This document shows, piece after piece, positions 21,619 to 37,836 of a stretch of 64,000 nt of DNA. Origin of the DNA: Protoeuglena noctilucae. Its lineage: Eukaryota. Every line of letters begins with the position of its first letter. Within the stretch, counting starts at the first letter, position 1. A program made the position numbers and the translations under genes. The notes beneath the pieces were generated by a model. It made no database searches. It had not been told where the DNA came from and was given only the letters and a program-made list of their open reading frames with translations. The stretch spans positions 930,001 to 994,000 of the forward strand of contig OY253676.1 in assembly GCA_958009085.1 (NCBI GenBank), read 5' to 3'.

Positions 21619-24600
21619 ATGGGGGTCCTCCTGCCGTGAGTGTGTACCCGAGGGGGCGTGTGTGCGGGCTCGCGTGTTTCAATGTCACACGTGTGTTCCG
21701 GGCTTGGCCTGGTACGCCGTGCCATGCGTTACCGACCGACCAGTCGTTCCAAACTGGTCTCGCAGGCCCTCGCCGGACTGGCTGATGCAGCAGGGGGCGG
21801 ACTGGAGCGACGATGGGGAGCTGTACGCGTGCGCCACGTGGGGCGGGGTGTCCGTTTTTCACGTCGGGACCCCGCCCTTGGAGAAGGTGCGTTAAGGGGC
21901 CCGTTCGCCCACCAAGAAGCCATGTCTCTCGTCGTTTCCAAGCCTGCCACGCCACGCGTCGCTTCCCCGATCCCCGCAGCCGGCGACAGGAGCGAGCGGG
22001 CTGGCGATGTCCCTGCTCCGTCTTCTTCCCCACCAGCAACCTGTGACGTGCGTCGCGTTCCTGCACCGGCCGCTGGGGATGCCGCCGGGGGGGCCAGTGC
22101 TCCTCGCCACTGGGGCCGAGGACGGCGGCGTCCGGATCTGGGACGCCGCTGCCGGGAACTTTGTGCGCAAAGTTGCTGCTAGGCACTTGTCGGAGGTCGT
22201 GGCGATGAGGTGAGTGCAGGCCATGGGGGGCAAATCCCCTGGAGGTGTGTGGGTGCTGGATGCAGCCCTTGCTCCCACTTCCGCTTGCAGCCTGTCCTCG
22301 GTGACCGGTGAAAGGATCAGTCTAGTGTCGTGCGACCGGGGCGGCCGGTCCCATCTGTGGGAGGGCAGCGTGGAGGGCGCCTCCAACGGCGCTTGCCTTC
22401 CACTGGTGGCCGCGGCCACGGCCTGCGCGCACCACCCAGCCGATGCCGGTGAGTTGTTTGCGGCGCCGAGGAGTCAAACGCGCGGGATACTAAATGGACC
22501 GGGCCCTGGGGCGGAGATCACGCTGCCTCAACTGTGCCGGACCAGCTCGACCCTCGCAGGTCTGGTGGCTGTGGGCACAAGTGGCGGCCACGTCACCTTC
22601 GTGGCAGCGCAGGGCAGCTCCGAAAGCTGCATAGAGTATCAGACACTGGCAGTTTTTGGCGACGCTGCCCCATCCCCCGTGCACGGCCTAGCATGGCTGC
22701 GTGCCCCTCTCCCACCGAGAGCGTCGGTGGCCACCGGCAACGGCGACAGCCGCACGCCAGACGCGGCGATGGCCAGAGCTGAAGGAGTAGGTGTGCCGGC
22801 GTCAACCGACGGAGCATCGAGCAGCTACTTGCTGGCGGCAGCCCTTTCTGGCGGGAGGGTCGTGGTCGTTTACGTGGAGACAGGGCGCCCGTCGCTTTCT
22901 GTGGGTGCCGAGGGGTTCCAGCTACACGTGATGGCGCGGGTGGTGGGGTCGTGTGTGATGGGAAGCGTGGAATCGGTTCGCCAGAAGCCGCGAAAGGACG
23001 GCAGAGAGCTTAAACTGGCGGGCACCCCCATGGCGTGGGTCGATCTCACCAAGTCAGAAGCGCGGGGCGGCATGGAGGTTAGCGTCGACGGGGCCGAGGG
23101 TGATGAAGTAGGCCCCAACTCCCCGGGCGATTACGTGGGGTTGATTCTCTGTGGCTGTTTCGGTGGGGAGGTGCTGGCCATAGGGGTCGCGCCACCTGGG
23201 GGTGGTCAGTCCCAAGGCACAGTCGGGGCGGGGGAGGGCAAGTGGGCGCGGACAGGTGGTTCGCAGGGAGTGATAACCGGCAGGTGGACTCTGCCGGGAC
23301 GGCACGCGCGAGGCGTGCTGTCTGTCCACTGCAGGCTGCAAGCCGGACAGGGGCATCGCTTTGCCATTCTGACATCGTCTGCAGACCACTCTTGGCAGCT
23401 GCGGGAATGTGCCGTCTCTGATTCCAGCGTAGACGCGGTGTCTGCGGCGGTGGGCCAAGCAGATGTCGAGTTCCGGCTCCTTGGCATTGGGGGGACGGCG
23501 ACGTGTGTGCGCTCCTCCCCCGCCGGATGTGCCTTGGCCGTGGGAGACTCAAACCGCTCTGTGAGGGTGCTTTGGGCGGCGGACACAAGCAGGTCAGGCA
23601 TTCGGGATGTCCACAGAGCTGCACTTGCGCAGGGTGGTGCTGGAGAGGGTGCAGGCGCTGTTCCAGGGTCCAATGTGGAGGTCGTGACTTTGGCCGCGGG
23701 TGACCGCTTGGCAGACATCGTTTGGTTGCCGGCAGCGGGGACCCTGGCTTTTGGTTGCGAGGACGGCAGTTTGTCCTTAGCAAGGCGGTCAGGGAAGGGA
23801 AAATGGAAGACGCGGGTAGTGTGGGAAAGAGGCACGGCGGGGGAGATGGAGGGAGTGGCCCGTCTGGTAGCCCACAGTCTAGGTAGGGATTCCACGGTCC
23901 CTGCGGAGGACAGTGTGGGAGGTGCACATGGCGATAAACTTTTTGACGGGGCAGTGCTGTGGGTGCTCACGAGCAAGGGACGGGTGCTTTGCGTGGGTCC
24001 GCAGCTTCTTGGCAGTAACAGTGCACAGGGGGGGACGACAGGGGGCCAGGGTGCAGGGGCTGTGGGCGGGCGCCAAAGAATAACTCCGATGGTTGTACCA
24101 AGCACGCTAGACGATTTGCTGAGGAGTAGCTCGCGTCACAACGGCAGCGGAGCAGTGGAACAGGCAACGGCTGTGGGTGACATGCAGGGGGGTGCGGTGG
24201 GGGGGACCCGGCGACGCAGTGGCCGCTTGGGCAGTACCACTGCTATTGGCACAGCCACGAATGAGCGCGATCCTGCATGCAGCCCCGTTCTTGTGGTCGG
24301 ATTTAGGGATGGGCGGGTGGGCTTGTTTGCGGTGCAAGAGAGCATCTCGGACAGGAGGTTGCCGGCGGGGTCCGGAGGGCTGAGGAATGACAGTGCTCAG
24401 AATGCAAAAGATAATGGCCCAGATGCACCTAGTGGGGTTGGACCACTCGCCTTGCGTGCTATGGAGGGACGTCCCGTGCCTGAGAGGGCACAAGCACAAC
24501 CTGTCTGTCGAAGCGGGGAAGGCGTCACGGTTTCCCACGCTTTCTGGGGGCGTGTGGGCGAGGCGACCGGCCGAGCCAGTGAGAGCATTTCTGCCGTCGA

Positions 24601-26357
24601 CGCAGCATGGTTGCAGGTTGCTGCGCGCGACGTGCTGGTGGTTGTTTGTGGAACCGCAGGGCACCTGGAGGCGTGGGTGCTTGAGGCCACTCCGCGGTGC
24701 TCAGATGCATTTGCGGGGGACCCCACTGCGGCTCTGGTACGGTCTCATGTTTTGCGAGTCTCTTGTGGACAAAAAGTTATCTCCGCCTTGTCCGCTCGTG
24801 CGTCTGGCAGTAACTTGGCGGTCTGCTGTAGTAATAACCAGAAAGCGAGCCTCACTTTCCAGCGCTTGTCGGTGCGCCAGGGAGATCAGGGCACGGGGCC
24901 GCAGCTTGCCGCAGATGCAGTGCAGAGCATGGACATCGGCTGCGCCGTCTTCTCTGTGGACTGGGCTGATAAGGGATTTGCAGCGCCCATGGGCTGTGCT
25001 GACGACGAGTCGTTGCCGCATGATGATGGCTTGGAGGGCTTGTGTGTTGTGGCAGCCACGCGAGACAAGACTGTTCGGGCTTTGTGTGTCGAAGGCAGTG
25101 GAAGAGTGGGGTCTGTCGAAGCTTTGAGTGGCGTGGGTACGGATGGGCCTCTGCCCAGCAGGGAGGTGGGTGACCCTGGAGGCAGCGCTGTGTCGAATGC
25201 GTCTCGGCTGGAAGATCACGACAGGGGATCGGCCACAACTGACGCTGGGGTTTTCGTTTCCTCTCGAAGTGCTTTAGCCTTCGCATGCGATGCAACGCCG
25301 TCAGCTTCTCATGTCGACGAAATTTTACGGGCTGCTGAGGGAGAGGAGGCTGTGCCAGCAACAGCGGTGACTTTGACACAGGCGCAGGCCCGACCCCAGT
25401 CCACCCGTGCCTCTGCGCCTCAGTCGTCCGCACTTCAGATGCGGTCGGCAAACCGTGCCGTACGCAGGACAGCTCTTCGAGACGCGCCCGTCTTGCCATG
25501 CCAGCGTGGCCTCGTCAAAGGGACCCTTGACGTTGATGGGGGCACTCACGACCCGCACGGAGTCACAATGTCAGGAAGCACGCGGCGGTTGGGGGATGTG
25601 CCACAATTGACGCTCCCGACGGGGTGCAAGGGCCGCCTGGTTAAAAGCTGCGAACTGGACACGTTCGGGGAGAGCCGCAGCTTTTCAAATAGCGCACGTC
25701 ATGCGCAGCGTACCTTCACGGCCGCGACCATCCGCGTTGCTCTGGACAGAGCATCACTGTCCCTGGGAGCAACTTGGCCCAAGAGCGGTGGGGGGGTCCC
25801 GAGCAAGGAGAGAGGCCCATCTGCGGTGCTGCGGTGAGTGTAACTGTGGCTTTCCCGAAGTCGAGATCGCATGGTGCCCCAGGGACTCTATAATTATTCC
25901 GTACCCCTCTGTTTCTCTGCAGCGAAGCTGAGAAGTGCTGCGTGCTGGCCTGCTGGCTCGGTGACTGGCCGACGCTGGATGGCCTTCTCTCTCAGCAACC
26001 AGGCTGCGCTGAGGCTTACCACCTCGCGCTGAGAGCGTCGACAGGAGCGACGAAGACGCTCAGGCGCAGTGCACAGGTAACGCGTTTAAGGACATGAGCA
26101 AGTGCTGGCCGCGCTTCAGTTTGAGTTTGCGCAAGTGATGCAGCGCTCATCTGCCCTTGCAGCGTGCTGCCAAGGATTTGGCAGAGTCTTCTGAGCCACA
26201 TGCAGCAGCGGCGGTGTTCCTTGCTCTGGGACTGCCACAGCGAGCATGGAAGGCCTACCTCGACAGTCAGCTAGAGGCGGAAGCGTTGGTGCTGTTTGAC
26301 ATTTGGGCCGTCCCGGGCGACTGCGAGCGGGGGGCGGCCCCTGTGCAGGCCGGCTGA
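21619..26357 (+). CDS. Gemin5-like WD40-repeat protein (3' end uncertain; one exon of about 3.5 kb)
   Basis: Spliced N-terminus MGVLLP|PSPDWLMQQGADW resembles Gemin5 LPPSPNWY. WD repeats (LLATGAEDGGVRIWD; LAFGCEDGSL). C-terminal helical segment AKDLAESSEPHAAAAVFLALGLPQRAWKAY..QLEAEAL resembles the Gemin5 TPR-like region. Confidence 0.7.
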
Positions 26358-26760
26358 ACCGGCTCCGTGTACCTCAGGTGCACCTTGGCAGCTCGGAGCT
26401 CGTTCTTATGTCAGCGTTTACCCGTTGAAACGACTTAGGCAAGGTAGGGGTTTGGCCCTAGTGCCAAAGGAGAGGAGTGCTGCCGCCACCTCCAGACATG
26501 ATGTCTGGAGGAATGACAACCCACGTGCCCACAACCAAAAGAGATCCCTTTGGTTGAGCTGACCTGGCACGTGGGTCGCCCGTGGACATAGCCTTGAGTG
26601 ATCGACTGTCACAACCAACAGGGGCTATTTCCACGAAAGTTCTGTCGGGAACGCATGGGCTTAATGCAGAGACTATCGGCGCGGAATCGCGCTTGCATTG
26701 CACTCTCATAAGATCTGCTAACTGGCTGTGAAACATATCACATTGACTTGGTCCTCTTAC

Positions 26761-29815
<3,055 letters not shown>

Positions 29816-30427
29816 GGCGCCCTACCGGACGCGAGCGACAACGCTGCGGCTCGGACGGCAGCTCCTGCGCTAAGAAACGGCGTTTGCTTGCTGCAGCCGT
29901 GCACATATACCTCGGCGGCTGATCCCGCGCCGAAATCGGGGCGGTGCAGGTGATGGCGCGGCAGCGCGTCGCGAGAGCCGCCGCAGTGCCCGCATGCAAG
30001 CCGGGCATATCCATGCAGACATAAATGATCTCTTTACTGGTCGGGAAGCCTCGGCGCTCCCAAGTGGGCAAGGACTTTGCCTCTGTGTCCAGTGCGCCCG
30101 AACGCGTGGCCTTACCTGCCAGACCGTGCCACTTCTGGGGAAATGATCAGCTAAGATGGCTAGGAAAGTGGAACGGGGTCCCTGGCCGCGCTCGGATCAC
30201 TGTGCCTGACCAAGACTGGCGGAGTTCTTGCGCGCGTTGATGCTGGGCCGTCTTCAACTTCATCGTGCCTCCGAACATGGAGACATGAACTGGACAAGCG
30301 CATTTCATGTGCCGCGCGCGACGCTTCTCAATCCCTTTGCAATGCCCCCCGGGGCATGCCACTGGAGCACAAGAGCAGCAGCCGATGCACGCCGCGACCG
30401 CATGGGGCCCAAGCGTCGGAACTCCAC

Positions 30428-31767
30428 TCAAAGGGCTTCGAAGTATGCCTTGGACTTGTCGGGGTCCGCCACCATCGTCTGCAGATGCGCGGACAGGGTG
30501 CACTCACCCCGTCCCACGCTGTTTCCTCCCATGGAAAGACCCCGGGCGAAGGGCAAATTTTCTGAGCCCCAGCGGTGCACCACGTCCCCCCGTCCTCCCC
30601 CAATGAATCAGGTCTCACCTTGGAACCCGGCTTCCAGTTGGCCGGGCACACCTCCCCGTTCTCGTCTGTGAACTGGAAGGCCTTGATCAGCCGCAGCACC
30701 TCGTCGACCGACCGGCCCACGGGAAAGTCGTTGACGGTGACGTGGCGGAGGATGCCCTTGTCCGAGATGATGAAGAGGCCGCGGAAGGCGCGGCCCGGCT
30801 CCTCCCCATCGTCCTCGCTGCGCCGTGGAGGAGGGTGGGCGACCCCCTTTGGGCAAACAATCCGGCATACCGCACTGCCTGCCCGCGCGATTGCCAGCCC
30901 GCCAGTCCAACTCTCCCATCCCTGCCGTCGCCACCTCACCACAGGACCCCAAAGTCGCGCGTGACCTTCTTCGTCAGGTCCCCCAGCAGCGGGAAGGTGC
31001 ACCCGCCGAGACCGCCCTTGTTGCGCGGGACGTTCGCCCAGGCGTGGTGGGAGTGCACGCTGTCGACCGAGACGCCCACCACCTGGGGCGGCAACCTCGC
31101 CCAGGCATCGTCCCCCGTCTGGCTTGCCCGACAACGCTGCGGCGAAATGGCCGACCGACTCTGCACTTGCCTGCGTGTTGAGGTCCTTGAACTCCTGGAT
31201 CCGGTCGGAGAACGTGTAAATCTCCGTTGGGCACACAAACGTCCAGTCCCCGGGGTAGAAGAGGAGCACGACGTACTGCGCGGAAGCGAGAATGAGCAGG
31301 ACCACTTAGGCATGGTATGCGAGTGACTGATCCGGGCAGAGAGGCGGCGCGGACACGGGACGCGGATGGCGGGCATCCCACGTGCGCATGTTCCGTTACT
31401 CCGTCGCGGCCGTGCACCGAATGGCACTGTAAAGATGAACAGCCGGCGTGGAGCGTCCGATACGCGGCATTGACATGCAAATGCACGCGACGGATCTCTG
31501 CCGCGGGACAAAAGCGGGGCCCTTGCCAAGGCGCAGGACCCAGCCGCCGCCACGCCGCCCCATCGACCCTTCCAACGGCGTCACGTGGTAACTTTCATTT
31601 TGCAGCGTCGCCGATTCCACATCCTAGGCCCGACGAACCGCTGGGCGATGCGCTTCCCCGCCACCCACCTGGCCCTTGAGGCTGTCCGATGCGAGCTCCG
31701 TCACTTGCCCGTCGACCAGGGCCGGCGCATTGAAAGCCGGGATGGGCTTCCCGACGACCGCGACCAT
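30428..31767 (-). CDS. PRX: Typical 2-Cys peroxiredoxin (Prx1/AhpC family), 5 exons
   Basis: Motifs FYPGDWTFVCPTEI (peroxidatic Cys), GGLG, RGLFII, VGRSVDE, GEVCPANW (resolving Cys) and SKAYF. GC-AG intron 31170-31083. An upstream in-frame extension is possible. Confidence 0.96.
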
Positions 31768-32036
31768 GGCTGCGAGCCGCGCTGGCTGGAGGCGCACGCC
31801 CGTGCTGCTGCTGCTCGAGGTGGTTGTGACAGGTCGACTGATGCGCACGAGATTCCGCCAACGACGACGACCACTCTGGCCGGTACCATGCACGACAACG
31901 CTCAGGTAGTCGTGCGGGACAACCCATGACGCGCTGGGCCAGATTCAGAAACGCGCCGGATCCCCACCCCACCCCCTTCGACTGCTGTGTTCAACTCGTC
32001 GCAGCGCGGTAAGCAACGACGCACGAAGCGCGCGCT

Positions 32037-35000
32037 TCAGGACACCCGCGTGACCGTGGGCACGACCCCCAGCAGCCCCGGCGCCACTGTGAAGGTGCCC
32101 CCTTCCCCCTCCCCCACCCTGTCGCACACAATGTCCAGGTTGAACCCCTGGGGCGCGAACCGCACGCGCAGGAGCGTCCCGGGCGCCACACTGCCGCCCA
32201 GGGCCTTGACCAGCGAGCCCTTGACCGGCCGCGCCAGCGTCAGCGTGGCACCGTCCACGCTCACCGCGTCCCCCCTGCAGGCGGAGGCGGGGACACGGGG
32301 GATCGGCCCGGCACAGCTGCGATCCAAAGGCGAGGCACCGCCGCCGTCTCCACCAGCCCCTCACCCGGCGCGGAACTCCTGCAGGTCGCTGCTGGCCTCC
32401 CCCCTCAGCACTCGCACCTCCCCACCCGCCACGCCCTCCACCACGCCCAGCTCCCGGCCAGACACGGACACCAGCATCCCCGTCCACTGGCGGTAGTCGC
32501 GGGGAGCGGTGGCCGCAGCGGCCCCCGCAGCAGGCGCCCCTGCGCATGCAACGCAAGGAGAGTGCCTGTCTGCTAACCAAGACAGGGATGTCCCCCGAGT
32601 GGAAAGCAGATCCCTCGCTGCTGAAGACCTCACCCGTCGGCGCCACGCCCGCCGCCCCCATGCCCAGGAAGCCGCCCAGCCCTGCCCCCGCGCCCCCTCC
32701 GTCCGTGGCCCCGGTGGCCGCCTTGTTGGCGCGGTACAGGGGATTCCACACCGACTCGTGGAAGGGCGTCTGCGTCCAAGCGACGGGTGAGGACTTGCAT
32801 CGAGCGACAATGAGCTCGATGGGCCATGGTGCCAGGCGCCGGGTGACCGTTGCGCGCCTCACCTTGCTGCCGTGTGCGGGCGTGGCACCGCCATGGGAGG
32901 GCGTCCCCATCCCCCCGTATGCCGGCGTGCGACCCCCCGCCGCGGGCGTCTGCCCTCCCATTCCCCACGCCGGTGTCTGTCCCCCCATGCCCCAACCAGG
33001 CGTCTGGCCACCCATGCCCCACCCCGGTGTCTGCCCGCCCAATGCGCCCGGCGTCATCCCACCCAAGCCTGCGTGGGGACGGCACCAAAGACAAGCTCAC
33101 TGCAAGGCGCAGATTCCACCACACCTGCAGCCGATGCCCAGCCTCGGGGCCCCTCACCGAGACGCGCAGCTGCCACCCCCGCCCCCAGCTGCGACGGCAC
33201 CCCCACCCCGCGCCCGCCGCCCGTGCGCCCGGACCCGTCGTCGACCCACGCCCGCTGCACTTGCACCTTCCTGCGACCAGCCAGGGGAGGCAGCGGCCTT
33301 GGCTCTCACATCCCTCCTCTCCCCCACTGGCTGCACAGCATGCTCTCTGACTGCCCCCTCACTTCTGCTGAGCCTCGAGGAGAATGGTGAGCTGGTGGAC
33401 GTCCGCATCCAAGACGCGCCCTTGCATGCGCATGTAGGGGCCGTTGATGACTGCGGGGGTGGCGTCAGCATCATGCAATCGGGTAACTGCCCTCTGCAGC
33501 ATGCGCCACCAGCCATGCCAAGTGAACGCCAGCTTGACATCTCGCAAACTCCGGCACCCCCCCTCCTGCGCCCCTCACTGCGCACGACCTTGCCGCTGAT
33601 GTGGTCGCGGCCGCGCCCCCTCCCGCGCTCCTGCCCCGCTGCCGCTGCCGCAGCCATCGCCCTCCCCGGCGACGCCATGCCCCCCCCGCCCCTCGCCATC
33701 CCCGCCCGCACCGACGCCAGCCCCGCGGGCACGGCCCCCGCCGCGGGGGTGGCCGACCCCGGCATCGCGCCCCTCGTCGCCCCAGCCACGAGACCCACCG
33801 ACGGGTTGCGCACCTCGCAGCTCGCGGCGGGGACGCAGGAGAACCCCTGCCGCGCCGCCGTGCGCGACGCCCGGACGAAGAGCGTGCCCCGGTGGACGCA
33901 GTGCACGGTGCCCTCGGCCCCCTTGGAGGGGCCCTCCGCCACCGTCACCGTGTCCCCCGCACGCACGGGGAAGCCGCGCGCGTCCTGAGCCTGCGGGAGG
34001 CGGGCGCGGCACGCGGGTGGCACAGCTGGGTCTGCATGCTGGAGCGGCGTCGCGCCCCGCCCCGCCACCCCCTCGCCTGCGCCTTGCCCCCCGGCAGCTT
34101 GCGCTTGATGTCGCGCTCCGTGACCACGCGGACGTCTGGGGCCGTGACTGTGCCGTGGTTGGTGAGGACGTGGGCCACGCCGGGGTCAATGGTCACTGCG
34201 GGGATGGCACCAGACACGCGCCCGTGAGGGTGGGTGCTGGCAGGCAAGCGGCGCATTATGCGGGTCCCACAAAGCGCCACCATCTTACCAATGACCCCGA
34301 ACGTGTCCTTGTCGAGCTCCACGAAGTCGTGGAGGAGGTATGGGCCTAGCCGGGACTGCGAGGGCGGGGCGGACGTTGCGTGGGCTCACCAAGCGTCGCA
34401 TCTCGTGGCTTGGGCCGAGGACCCGTGTCACCCGACTCACCAGCAGTCCTCCCCGCTTATCGCTTCGGCTGAGGTGCCTGGCGAACGCCTGCACCTCCCG
34501 CGCCGTGCCGTCCAGCACCAGCGTCACCACGTGGCCCTCCAGCCCCACGACTGTCCCCGCGCACCCCGCGTTCTCCCCCTGGTCCACCACGACCCTGTCG
34601 CCCACGTCGAACCACTTGGTCAGCTCCCGCACCTGCACCTCCACCGGCCCCGCATCCTCCATGCCCCGCGTGGTCGGCCGCAGCGTGGCCAGCCCCTCCA
34701 GCACCGACACCAGCACCCCCGTCAGGTTCTTCATGTCGCCCTTGGAGACCCTGCGCCGGAGTAAGAGAGCCAAAGGCATCACTTACGATAAAAGCATCGA
34801 AAGCTGCCCCTGTCGCCACTCCAAACGCCACACCCGCACCTGTCGTGTCGGCGACCCCCGTCACGGCTGCACCCCCGCACTCACCGGACCTTGTCCCCCG
34901 GCCGGAACACCACCCCCACCCCCGCGTCGTCCACGTCCGGGAGCTCCGCCGCCAGGGCCGCCAGGTCCGCGCCGTCCCCCTCCTCGCCCGTGCCCGCCGC

Positions 35001-37544
35001 GGCAAAGCGCTGCAGGGAGGGGTGTGATTGAAACGAGTTGATACCTTCACTTCGTCACCGTCACCTACACCGCAAAGCTGTCCACTCCAACTCCCCGCCC
35101 CCTCGCCTGCACTTCGTCCAGCTGGGGCAGCCCCTCCTTCCGCACGCCCTTGGCCGTCATGTCCTTGACCAGGTAACCGCCCCGGAAGCGGCCCAGCAGC
35201 GTCGACCCCGCGTGCACCACCATGTCCATCCCCCCCAAGGCGTTGCGCTCCTCCCCCACTTGCAACTGCGGCCAGGCAACGGGTACGGACAAACTTCACA
35301 GGCGCATGCATGCGGTCACCGATGCCGCGTCCCCTCCGCATGCGCTGTGCCCCCACGGCCACCCTTCGGTCACACTCACCTCTGCCGCCCGCGCCTCCTC
35401 CATGCTGAACCCCTTGGCCGGCACGCGCCTGGGCCGCGGGGCCGCATCCCCCGCGTCCTCCCCCCTGGCACGCCGCTGCCTCTGCGCCCACGCAGCATAG
35501 TCCACCCGGGGCACCAGCCGCACCGTCACGCGCCCACGGGGGCCGTCCACCTCCAGCACCTGCGCCAAGTCACCCTTGTAGGGCCCACCGCGCACGCGCG
35601 TCCAGGACTGCAGGGAGGAAGAGGGGACCGCCTTGCTAGCACGGGTTGCGCCATCTACGCGGCCGCCCCCTCGCGTGCCAGCCCAGCCCCCAACGCTTGC
35701 CTTAGGCTTCAAGGCGTCCTCGGCCGCCAGCCGCGTCTCCACCGTGCGCGGCATGTCCTGCCGCACCACCAGCGTGGGCTTGCGGGAGAAGAAGACGTAG
35801 TGGTTGCCCATGAGCGCCTCCCGCACGTGCAGCTCCTTGTAGGCCTCCACGTACACAAACCCCGATGCCTCGGGCTTGCTGGGGGCGGGCGGGAGAGGGA
35901 GCGGTCGGCGAGCGCGGGCGCAAGTGGCCGATCCGACGACACAGACAGCCCCCCAGCGACACTCGCCAGTACACGCTCGTGATGGCCAGGGGCTCCCCCC
36001 GCTTGGACAGGGCCACTGCCTTGCGCGCCATGGCCACGCAGATGTCCCGCTCCTTCCCCGCCTTGCACGGCACGGCCCACACGCTCGGGTCGCGCGCCGT
36101 CGGCATCAGCGCCTGCTGGTCCACCGCACCCCCCGCCCCCGCCGCCTCGTCGTAGCGCTGCCCGGCGAACCGCTCCTTCAAGAACTCCTGCAGCTCCTCC
36201 TCCGTCTCGAACTGCGGCATGCCACGACGGGGGCGATCACCTGCACCGGCCCCACGCACGCGTCACCACGCATGCCCGCCCCAGCCACCCCGCTCGCCTG
36301 TCCCAGGCCGTGTTCCTGCAGCCGCGCCTTCTCCGCCTCCTCCGCTTCCCTCCTCCGCCCCTCGATCTCCAAGTGGTCCTCGCCCCCCACCTCCTCCTCG
36401 GACAGATCCGCCTCCGCCACCGCATCCAGCTCGTCATCCGAGTCTGGCACAGAGGCGCGAGATGAGAAGCGTGAGACAGACACGCGGCGACGCTCCTCAT
36501 TGCGCCTCGCCACCTGTTGCATCCATCGCATGCCACGCACATTGCATGCCACGCACTCACCCGACTCGTCGTCGTCGTCGTCGTCGTCCTCGTCCGACGC
36601 CTCAGCCGCGTCATCGATGAAGCGACTGCGCTTTTTGCGGCGGCGCGACGACTGCGGGCAGGGGACCGACGGGGTGCCATCCACACAGCCCCCACGCCCC
36701 CCGTCATCCCCACCCATCGCACCGCCCCCTCACCTCCCCCTCCTCGTCCCCATCCTCGTCGTCGTCCTCCGCCGCATCGTCGATGAACCGCGCCCGCTGC
36801 TCCTTCTCCTTCTTCTTCCGCTCCTTGTCCTTCTGCAGATGGCAGAGGGCACCTCGCAAGCGACCTCATGCGCTTGCCCCCTTGCCCACACGGCCCTAAG
36901 CTGTGACACTCCCGGCGCCCCCTCGCCTTGTGCTTCTTTTTCTTCTTCTTCTTGTGCTTCTTCCGATCCTCCCCCTCCCCCTCCCCCTCGTCCCCGTGCT
37001 TGCGCTTCTTCTTCTTCTTCTTCACCTTACGGTCCCCACCGCCCTCCCCTTCCCCGCGAGCGTCGCCCTGTCCGTCGCCTTCGCCCCCCGCGTCCTCGCC
37101 GTCAGCCTTCTCGCTCTGCCCACCCTCCTCGTCCTCATCCTCCAGGGTGCCTCGCTGCGCAGGGGCTCCATCGCTGTCCTCGAGTCCCTGCGAGCGGCCA
37201 GGGCAGGCTACAGAGCTCGACAGGAACCCGGCGCGGGAAAGGAAGCCACTGAGCTGCAACAGAATCGATCACTTCATCGCGCCACGCCACAGCATCATCG
37301 GCCAGGCCGGTTGAGCGAAGCAAACGCACGTCGACAAAAAACACGGGCGCACAGACAAGTTTCCCGAAAGTCTCGGGAGCTCGTTGGCTCCCAGACACGG
37401 ACTTGTGCATGTGCGCGTCGAGAGGGCGACCGCACTGGCCCCCGCGCGCGGTGGACGTGCGCGCTGGGGTCTCCCGACCCGTGCCATCCCCACCTGTGCC
37501 TCCTCCTCCCCCAACAACCCCGCCGCCTCCTCCTCAGCGGACAT
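32037..37544 (-). CDS. SPT5: Transcription elongation factor SPT5 (about 15 introns)
   Basis: Acidic/poly-Lys N-terminus with RFIDDAAE motifs; NGN domain [70 protein letters not shown] repeats GGQTPGWGM / GGRTPAY. Confidence 0.95.
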
Positions 37545-37787
37545 CACGTCGACAGGTGCCCGATCGTCGCTCCTTACAAGCCCCAGCGACCGCTTAGGTC
37601 CCCACGCTCAAGAGCAGGATCAACAGCCTCCGCGGCCTACCCGCTTGCAGCGAATATGGAAGTGACGAGCGCAGATGGCTCAGGGTGCTCAGGATCTGCC
37701 CCTCTTCGTCCGACGAGCCCTGACGTCAGGTGCTGCAGGGAAGGCCCTCCGCGCGCGCTGAAGCGCCCCGCCTGCGCCCCTCGCCCG

Positions 37788-37803
37788 CCCTTTCTCCTCT
37801 TCC
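37788..37803 (+). promoter_or_regulatory. Oligopyrimidine tract upstream of RPS15 (candidate 5'TOP/TCT-like start element)
   Basis: CCCTTTCTCCTCTTCC ends 33 nt before the RPS15 ATG; such tracts are typical of ribosomal protein gene starts. The TSS is not known. Confidence 0.45.
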
Positions 37804-37836
37804 GGCTGTCGTCACCTTACGGTCCTGAGAGGAGCC

